DNA of 64,000 nucleotides from Utricularia gibba (Eukaryota > Plantae > Magnoliophyta): the NCBI GenBank assembly GCA_002189035.1, contig NEEC01000010.1, forward strand, positions 806,001 to 870,000. Reading direction: 5' to 3'. Position 1 is the first letter of the stretch; each line of letters begins with the position of its first letter. Below the pieces are notes generated by a model. It ran no database searches, was not told the DNA's origin, and worked only from the letters and a program-made list of their open reading frames with translations. Below are positions 55,385-64,000 of this stretch, in pieces. The translations under genes were made by a program, and so were the position numbers.

Positions 55385-56559
55385 TGATAAATGAAAAATA
55401 TGAACGTCGTTAAAATGCAAATTTTTATATCGAATAAAATTTATAACCTAATACATATTGAAGCAAAATACAATTATGAGCATAATGATTAGGGTCGAAC
55501 ACGAAGAATAGGTGATTATCATGTTATTATCAATGTATGTAATCAATGTCATACTGACAGATTTGATCTTAACTAGGACTAAGGCAGAATTACGATGGAA
55601 TACAGTAAATAAAAGTAACAAACTTTTGAACTCGGTTGCTTCTAAAATGAAATAGGTGGTGCCTTGGGACTCCTAGGGGATGTATACTTATCACTAAACA
55701 TATTCATACAAACCATAAATCAAACATCTAACAAGCAAAGTCTAGGTCTACCCGAACTCTTGTTTTCTCCTAATTTTTGGTCTACTTTTAATTAGGATTG
55801 TCAAAATGAATGTCACTTCTTCTCCCTCCTGGATCTATCATGATTTGATAAAGAAGTAGTGTAATCTATGGTTTACAAGATCAAATGATTGATTAGTACA
55901 TTACACCCCTTTGACCCCAAGTCACCCCTCTAAGTGATTAGTCACTCATAATAAAGGAAAAGAAAGCATTTATAACATATTCTAAGCAACGTTTGGATTT
56001 GAAAACTAAACGACAACATAAGATGCATAACAGAACCTAAACAGCAAATTGTTCACATAAGAAAACTAGAACTAATCTCAGCTAGAAACAGTGTTCTTTA
56101 AGAGTAGAAGAAATCTTCAAAGGAGAGCTTGCATAATGGTTTTATCTTCTTTGTATTCCATGGTTATGCTACTCTCTCCTACTAGATCTCCCTTCAAGAA
56201 TTGTTTTTCGTGTTCTTCAATAGAGAGATATTTTCTCTTTCATCATTATTTTCAAAATCTTTTTCTTCTCTTCCTTGGAATTTAATTATACTTCTTTCAG
56301 CTTTTTTTCCATATCCTCTACCATTTCAATGTGCTCTTTTTGACTCCTAGGGAATTGAGTTGATCGACAATTGTTGCATTGCTTCAGGAAACAATTAAAA
56401 TTGATGTTGGGACTAAATTAGATTTAGTCCCAACTAGGAATAAAGCACATGACTGCAGTACTAGTCGCAAAAGCATAGAAATTCATGCTAGAACTTGGGT
56501 TTTGTGGCAAAATATTAGACTTTTTTCTACTCCAAAACACTCAAAAATATGTGTTATTA
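55385..56559. mobile_element. Athila-like solo LTR (copy B), nested in an older LTR-like repeat (~54600-56740)
   Basis: cccga|TGATAAATG...GTGTTATTA|cttga. The duplicated right end at 58344 is followed by an exact cccga. Confidence 0.8.
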
Positions 56560-57199
56560 CTTGACAAAACCCTTTGTTTAATCCGGCTTGCGGCATATGA
56601 CTTGCAATTCAAAATCATTTGCTCCTTGTGGATCGATGTGGACTTGACACTATTGCATTATTTTCTTCATGAATATTATGTAGAATACTTGTTGAGTTTT
56701 ATAAATTTTATTTGATGGAAAAAACTTTTAGAAATGTAACACCTTTAGAATTTTACGTCCATCACAGGGGATCTTGCTCTGCATTAACACATCCAATCAG
56801 CTATGAAAATGCCAATTCTAGAAACACCTTGTTTTGAATTCGCAACACCATCTTGGTAAAAATCGCCAAGTGATTCAGGTGCACCTTACATTTTTATTCC
56901 TTTAAAAAAACAACTTAGTTTTATTATTAAATACGAGTAATGTTATTAAAAAATAAAAATGTAGAAACACGAATTCCTTTAAAAAAACAATTTACATTTT
57001 TTTTATTTTTGTCCTCAATTTTTATAATTGATATTCTGTAAATAAATAGAATATTTTATAAAGTATATTTATTGGACAAAAACATAGCAAAATTGGCAGT
57101 ATTTGCAATCAGACTTAAATCCTGACATAAAATTTTATTTGACATGACATGAATGTTTTTTTAATGTTAAATCACATATTCATTATATATTAATGACAG

Positions 57200-57680
57200 T
57201 GGTAGTATTGTGAGGTCATTGACCAGTTTCCTGGGTTCGCTTGCATGATATTGGCAAGCTTTTCACTTATTCATCAAGTCCATAATATCATGCTTCATGG
57301 TTGGCCACTAATATCCACTTCTCAATGTCTTTTTGCATAGGGATCATATGCCGATATGGCTACCGTACTCCCCTTCATGCCAATCGGCAATAGGCTCCTG
57401 AGACTGCTCTCTTCCAATACATCTTAGCAAGGGCCCACAAAAAGCTTTTTATAGAGAGCTCCCTCGAGCATCAAATATCTTCATGCTCTAATTCCCATTT
57501 TTCGAGGCTTTAGCCTATCGGTTGGCTTTTCCCCCATTTGTAGGAACTGAATATATAGTTCCATCCAATCCTCATGAGGGCTCAGCTGAGGAGAGATATC
57601 ATTCACGGGTTGATGACAGATGTGATTTACCGCTTGTAGAGTTACTGAAGGTTGGTCTTGTAACCGAATTACCACACTTC
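57200..57680 (-). mobile_element. Degraded Tat/Ogre-type gypsy pol fragment (integrase zinc-binding region)
   Basis: DWMELYIQFLQMG...RA*RYLMLEGALYKK...GY*WPTMKHD...ACQYH. Confidence 0.75.
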
Positions 57681-57699
57681 CTTCTCTCAGATCATGAAA

Positions 57700-57720
57700 C
57701 CCCCCCCCCCCCCCCCCCCC
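57700..57720 (+). repeat. Poly-C tract (21 nt)
   Basis: Direct reading of the sequence. Confidence 0.85.
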
Positions 57721-60341
57721 GCAAACCGAGCCAGGCTATCTACCGATATGTTCCTTTCGTGAGCTATGTGTGATAACGTGAACTCTCTGCCGATATGTTC
57801 CTTTCATGGCATAACAGAACATAAGCAGTAAATTGTTCACGTAAGAAAACTAGAACTAGTCTCAGCTAGAAACAATGTTCTTCAAGAGTAGAAGAAATCT
57901 TCAACGGAGAGCTTGCATCATGGTTTCATCTTCTTTGTCCTTCATGGTTCTGCTACTCCCTTCTACCAGATCTCCCTCCCAGAATTGTTTTTCATGTTCT
58001 TCAATGAAGAGATATTTTTTCTTTCCTTATTATTTTCAAAATCCTTTTCTTCTCTTCCTTAGAATTTGATTGTACTTCCTTCAGTTTTTTGTTCATATCC
58101 TCTGCAATTTCACTGTGCTCTTTTCGACTCCTAGGGAACTAAGTTGGCCGACAATTGCTGCATTGCTCTGGAAACAATTAAAAATGGTGTTGAGACTAAA
58201 TCATAGATTTAGTCCCAACTAGAAATAAAACATGCAACATTCAGTACTAGTCGCAAAAGCATAGAAATTCATGCTAGAACTTGGGTTTTGTGTCAAAATA
58301 TTAGACATTTTACTACTCCTAAACACTCAAAAATATGGTTATTACCCGAAAAAACCTTCTGTTTAATCCTGCTTACGGCATATGACTTGTAATTAAAAAT
58401 CGTTTGCTCCTTGTGGATCAATGTAGACTTGCCACTATTGCATTATTTTCTTCATGAATGTTATGCAGAATGCTTGTTGAGTTTTATAAATTTTATTTGA
58501 TGGAAAAAACTTTTAGGAATGCAACACCTTTAGAATTTTACGTCCATCACAGGGGATCTTGCTCTGCATTAACACACCCAATCAGCTATGAAAATGCCAA
58601 TTCTAGAAACACCTTGTTTTGAATTCGCTACACCATCTTGGTAAAAATCGCCAAGTGATTCAGGTGCACCTTATATTTTTATTCCTTTAAAAAAACAACT
58701 TACATTTTTTTTTCATTTTTGTCCTCAATTTTTATAATTGATATTCTGTAAATAAATAGAATATTTTATAAAGCATATTTATTGGACAAAAACATAGCAA
58801 AGTTGGTAGTATTTGCAATCAGACTTAAATCCTGACATAAAATTTTATTTGACATGACATGAATGTTTTTTTAATGTTAAATCACATATTAATGAAACAT
58901 GTTGATATTTAATGTTGTGCATTATATATTCAATTTAATATAGTAAATGATATAAATACAATATTATGCTTTTTATTCCAAAAAAGATTTTAATATAAAT
59001 ATCTATTATGTATATTATATTAATATTGTGAAGTATACTATTACTAATTTTTTAAAATAATAATCATGTGCAAGCGGAATGGAACCAAATCAATGAATGC
59101 CTGGTTGGCTGCTTCTTGTCTTCCATAAATAAACACTTATGAGGGTTTCGGTGGTGATGCGGGAGGGATGGGTGCTCTCAGTCTCCATTCATACCCATCA
59201 TAATTCAATTGCACTGCTTTCCCTGCCCACCCCCAATTTTATATTTGGTTCCTAATCTTTTAAAAAAAATCGCGAACAAAATTAATATGAGATATGAATA
59301 TGATAAAAAAAACCTATACAATTCATTTCATATGTCACACTTCCATCTATTTGAAAAACGAGTAAATGGAAAAAACAGATATCTAATAAATATAAAACAT
59401 AATAACAAATTAAGAAAAATAAGAAAAGGTAAACACTTTACACTCTGATGGGCGTGGGTTACCGTGGGTAATTAAAATAAACCACGGGTAATGTGTTATT
59501 TAAATAAATAAATTTATTTTATTTGATGTATTTTAATGGTAATTAAAATAGTTATGGGTATTAGAAATGAAGTAAATTAATTTGTAAAACAATTAAAATA
59601 AATTAAAGTAAACCCTACAATCCACCCACCAAATAATCCATGCCCTTATTCCTTCCGCCGCACCACCACCACCTCCTCCTCCTCCTCACACCGCCGTTTG
59701 GCGGGAAGTCCCAGACCGGCGTGGGCCTGTCGCCGTCGCCACCACAGCAGCCTCCATCGACTCAAGTTCCGCCCAATTCTTTTGCAACCAAGGTATGGGT
59801 TTGTGCGAAAATTGTTTATGTCTTTAATTTAGGTTTTTTGGATTGTTTTTTATTCTGATATTGGTGGGAATTTAATTTTAGGGTTTGGAATGATTTAAAG
59901 TTTAAAGGTTCATGTAAGATTTTATTTTTTATAGTCAATTGAAGAAATGATTTCTTTATTATTTGTCTAAAAAGCGTTTTTTAATCCAATGATAATGATT
60001 CGTCTTTATAAAAATGATTTTTACGTAAATAAATAACTTTTTATTTTATTAAATGATGCATTATGTAAAGAAATGATTTACTTTTCATTTAAACAAGTAT
60101 TTGCTATGTAAATAACTTTTATTGTTACAAAAAATGTTTTTTTATTTTTCTTTTTTTTTTAAGAATGATTTATTATTGGAATAAATGATACTTTTCTTTT
60201 CTAAAATATTCATTCAATAAGAAATAATTTTTTTAATTTAATAAAGAAATTTTTGGTGTAACAAAAGATGAATTTTTATTTGCTTGTTTTTAAACATTAT
60301 TTGTAATTAAATAACTAGTTTTCATTTATATTTGCTTGTAG

Positions 60342-61748
60342 TGCGATAGAAGTAGTCGATAATGTGAGGGTAAGGTATTATGTTCCTGAAGATTATACGT
60401 TATTCATGCCGGAGGAATGGGAGACAATTGACGATGAGCCACCTAGCAGAGTAGGTGCCACTGGGTTCTCAGTTGCCTTGAGCCATATGGAATGTGGTCT
60501 TCGACTCCCGCTTCACTCGTTCAACGAGATAGTGCTGCGAGCTATGGGAGTGCCTCTCGCCCGTATCACTCCTCAGTCGGTAGGGACGATTAGAGCATTT
60601 ATCATGATGTGTGAGGAAGAGGATGCGCCATGTGATTTGCGTGCCTTCCGTTCAATTGTAGAGGTCATTGCTCTACGCGATGGCCGCTTCTCGATACGAC
60701 CGCTCCGGGGGTCGGGTATCCACTTCGGGTTCCCACAGTCATTCGGCTCATGGTGGCGCACTTTTCTGTGGATACGTCCACCTTTGGAAGACGTGTATCG
60801 CATCCCTCGAGTTTTGGAGCCGGGTGTCACAGGCAAGATAAAAGGTAATATTTTTTGTTTACTTGTTCATCTATTTCAATTTTAATGTGGCTTCATTTCA
60901 TCTCTTTGTCTCCTAGGCGTGAGGGCATATGATAAGGAGACCCGTGATTTACTATTGTCAGCTTGGGTGGCCAAGGGTTATACGATGCCCATGATTGTAA
61001 GAAGTCTGTAGCTCACTAACTGGGAGCCTTAGTGCTCGAGAGATTAGGCAAGAATTCTGGAAGAAAACTGTATAAAAAAATATATTTGGTTACATATACG
61101 ATGCCCATCATGATCACTGATGAGGAGGGTATGTAATTTTACGTGTTATTCAAATTTGAGTATTGCTTTTGAATGATATGTTCTAGGTTCCCAGCGGCTT
61201 ACAAGGGGTGCGCCTGCATCGTATAGTCGTGATCCTCGACGTTATCGTCAGGTTACTCCCGACGATGACATCGATCTGGGCGATGGGGAGCCATCCCATG
61301 ATATGCCACCTCAGATTCATCCTATGGAAGCTGAAATCCAGCGATTGCAACGGGAGTTGGAGGCACGGGATCAAGAGGTGGATGAGTGGAGGAGAAAGTA
61401 CATGGAACGCGATGAAGCGCTCCTTCAAACACAGACCAAGACCAGAGAGGAGTCTGCAGAGCGCTCCTCAACTCATGTACCACGAACCGTGCGACGGGTG
61501 ATGAAGTTGCTCATTCTAGACGTGAATGGCTTGCTTGCTCATGTCATTCATGGGCAAGTCAACAGGTCTCCAAATAGACGGATGGGAAACGGGACAGCCT
61601 GTAAGTTATTTAATTTCCATTGTGACTTTTATAATGCTTTCTAATCCCTCCCGTCTTTGGATGCAGTGTTTATTAGGCCGCATGTTTCGAGGTTCCTGCA
61701 ATTATGCTTCGCCTATTTCGACGTCGCTGTATGGTCGTCAAGGTTATG
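60342..61748 (+). pseudogene. Spliced chimeric ORF: Transposase_28 (TRP28)-like domain + coiled coil + N-terminal part of an FCP1/NIF-type HAD phosphatase domain; disrupted and 3'-truncated
   Basis: Exons 60342-60844, 60917-61128, 61187-61600, 61667-61748 with GT-AG introns. Motifs MECGLRLPLHSF...RITPQS...WWRTFLWI, EAEIQRLQRELEARDQEVDEWRRKY, KLLILDVNGLLA, FIRPHVSRFLQLCFAYFDVAVWSSR. Confidence 0.75.
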
Positions 61749-61779
61749 GTACCTATTACCCTCTGTTTCATTATTTCTG

Positions 61780-64000
61780 TCAATAGATAAATTCCTCTCA
61801 TCAGGTTCCGTGTAATGAGTAGAAGTCAATATCTGTTGGTCTGATACCATATTTTCACTATCTGTTGGTTCCCAATTGCCTTCAACATTTGGCTGAAGTT
61901 CACGATTTGTATTCTGATGAGAGTCTGATTCTGCTTCATGTGTATCGATTGTCTCTTGGCTTGGGTGTTTTCTTTCAAATGTATTTTCATCAATTTCCTT
62001 GAGCTCGAGGAATAGGCCCAGTGTATCTTTTCCTTGATTCTGTACTGGTTCAATGTAACCTGAACTCCAATCCCAGGCTCTCAATTCATCAAAGACCACG
62101 TCTCTGCTAATTCTTATTTTCATGCTCGACAAGTCCAATACCCTGTATCCCTTGGTTATATCACTGCATCCTAGATGGACACCTACTAGTGCTTTCCTGT
62201 CTAATTTCCTTCTTCTTTGTTTTGGGATGTGAGTATAGCATACACAACCGAAGATGCGGATGTGATCAACCCGTGGAATTCTCCCATGCCACATCTCAAA
62301 TGGGGTTTTCTTTTCGATCAGTGCCTTGGTGGGCAGTCGATTCAGGAGGTACACGGCGGTGTTGACTGCTTCACCCCAATAGGTCATTGGTACGGTTTTC
62401 TCATACATCAGACATCTGGCCATTTCAATTATAGTTCTGTTTCTTCTTTCACTTACGCCATTCTGCTCGTAGGGTGCAGTAAACTGGTGAATAATCCCTT
62501 CTCGTTCACACATTTCAGTGAACTCATACGGTATGTATTCACCACCGTTATCAGATCTAATGTACTTAATTCTTTGCCTGCTTTGGTTCTCAACTTGAGC
62601 CTTGAAGGCTTTGAAACAGTTCACCACTTCTGATCTGCTAGGGATGATAAATATCCAGCAGTATCTAGTGTAATCATCTACGAAAATTAAGAAATACCTA
62701 TTTCTTGTAGATGTTGAGATGTTTATGGGTCCATATACGTCACTGTGGATTAGCTCTAGCTTCTGGGTGGTGATCCAGGTGCGTTTTCCGAACGGTCGTC
62801 TAGAGAGTTTACCGATTTGGTAGATTTCGCATATCCTATGGTCTTGTTCCAGTTTTGGTATTCCCTCCATCAGGTTGGATTTTGACGCATGAGCCAGTGA
62901 GGAGTAGTTCACATGGCCAAACCTTTTGTACCAGAGTGAGGCATCATCTTTAGCTGCAAAACAGGTGTCAGTTAGGTTTTTATCAGTTTGAAATCTTATA
63001 GGAAAAATTCTGCTTTCCATCTTGACTTCAAGAAGAAGTCTTCCAGATGATGAATATATGCTACAAAGAGCTCCATTGAAGGTGACGTTCAGCCCTTTAG
63101 AGGTAAGCTGTCCTACACTCAGAAGGTTGTGGGAGGCTTTGGGTACGTAGTATACATCTTGTATCTTTAGTATGTGCTCGCAAGTTTCAAGTTGTACAGT
63201 CCCTATCCCATGTGCTCTTATTAGTCGTCCATCAGTGACTTCTATTGATTTCCCATTCAGTGGCTTGTAGCTTGTGAATGCGCTGAATTTGTGAGTTAAG
63301 TGGTTGCTGCATCCACTGTCTATAAGCCACGTTCCTTTGTTTGTGATGTCGTTAGTGATTGAGAGTATGTGTCTTTGTGCAGCTTGTAGATATCAATGAC
63401 TTCCTTGGCATCAGAAAAATAGCATACAGAGTTCAATGCAGTAGAGTTTGATTCTTTCTTGTCATCATTTTTCTGTGCGAATTTTTCTTCAAATCTCTTC
63501 TTGCATACCCTTTCGATGTGGCCCTTCTCCTTGCAGAAGTTGCAGATCTTATCTGGGTTATAGAAACAACTCGAAACTGGATGGTTCCTCTGCTTGCAGT
63601 GTGGGCATTCAGGGTATGCTCCTCGTTTTTCAACTCTTTTTTGAGACTTTGCCTGGAAAGCTTGCTCAGTTTCGTCATGCCTTTCATATGTCTTCTAAAC
63701 TTGCTCAAAGTTGTAGAGTGTGTCCAGCAATTTTTCGTAGTTGTATGTGGTTAGAAGACCAGTTGTGGATAGCATCCCAATGCATGCTCTGAAGTCCTTT
63801 CCCACACACTTAAGGATTTTGTCTTTAACTCTACCATCGTCAACAGGTTGTCCCAGTTTTTTTAGCCGCTTTGCCACTGCACTCATAGAGAGCGTTAAAT
63901 CACTGATGGACTGACCTGGTTTCAGGCTGAGGTTGTTGAGAATATGCCACTGCTTTGCTATTTCCTTTTGTCGCCTTTCTGTTGTCATGGCATAATTTTT
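61780..64000 (-). mobile_element. Ty1/copia gag-protease-integrase, lacking RT/RNase H/3' LTR, continuing beyond the window edge
   Basis: Two zinc knuckles (CPHCKQRNH...C, CNFCKEKGH...C), WLIDSGCSNH, LWYKRFGH, LIHSDVYGP, IRSDNGGEY, QNGVSERRNRT. One in-frame TAG in gag and one frameshift before the protease. Confidence 0.92.

Larger units (their letters stand above)
56026..58891 (+). repeat. Local direct duplication: ~1.1-kb units 56026-57181 and 57808-58891 separated by a ~620-bp spacer
   Basis: Colinear, visibly diverged units from gcataacagaac to aatcacatatt. Unit 1 has an extra ~75-bp internal segment. Confidence 0.9.

Noticed and set aside
56026-58891. Direct repeats as LTRs of a TRIM/LARD element
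   Set aside because: There are no TG...CA ends, PBS or PPT, and the unit begins inside another LTR and includes its flank.
63310-63400. Programmed -1 frameshift between copia gag and pol
   Set aside because: There is no canonical slippery heptamer, copia normally has a single ORF, and gag also carries a premature TAG. Mutational decay is more likely.

Overview
Plant (eudicot-like) nuclear genomic window: ten apparently intact protein-coding genes with mostly short introns (many 60-90 nt) separated by AT-rich, transposon-littered intergenic DNA. Genes, in order: UEV1 (-), an SDR110C-type short-chain dehydrogenase (-), a divergent UPF0496/DUF677 protein (+), an S28 Pro-X carboxypeptidase (+), an organellar RRM protein (-), TAF2 (-), a MYR1/2-like MYB-CC factor (+), isoamylase ISA1 (-), an FLZ zinc finger (-) and a USP-like-domain RLCK kinase (-). 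TE content includes decayed copia and gypsy fragments, two related Athila-like solo LTRs with recognisable 5-bp TSDs (one carrying a nested CRM-type solo LTR), a probable TRIM and a non-autonomous MULE. The most unusual element is at ~60.3-61.75 kb: a spliced chimeric ORF joining a retrotransposon accessory domain (Transposase_28/TRP28-like), a coiled coil and a plant FCP1/NIF-type HAD phosphatase domain. It is now disrupted by a 116-bp repeat-bounded insertion and truncated by a copia fragment. I saw no rRNA, tRNA or CRISPR features. Domain assignments come from recalled motifs and manual translation, not database searches, and I cannot identify the species.
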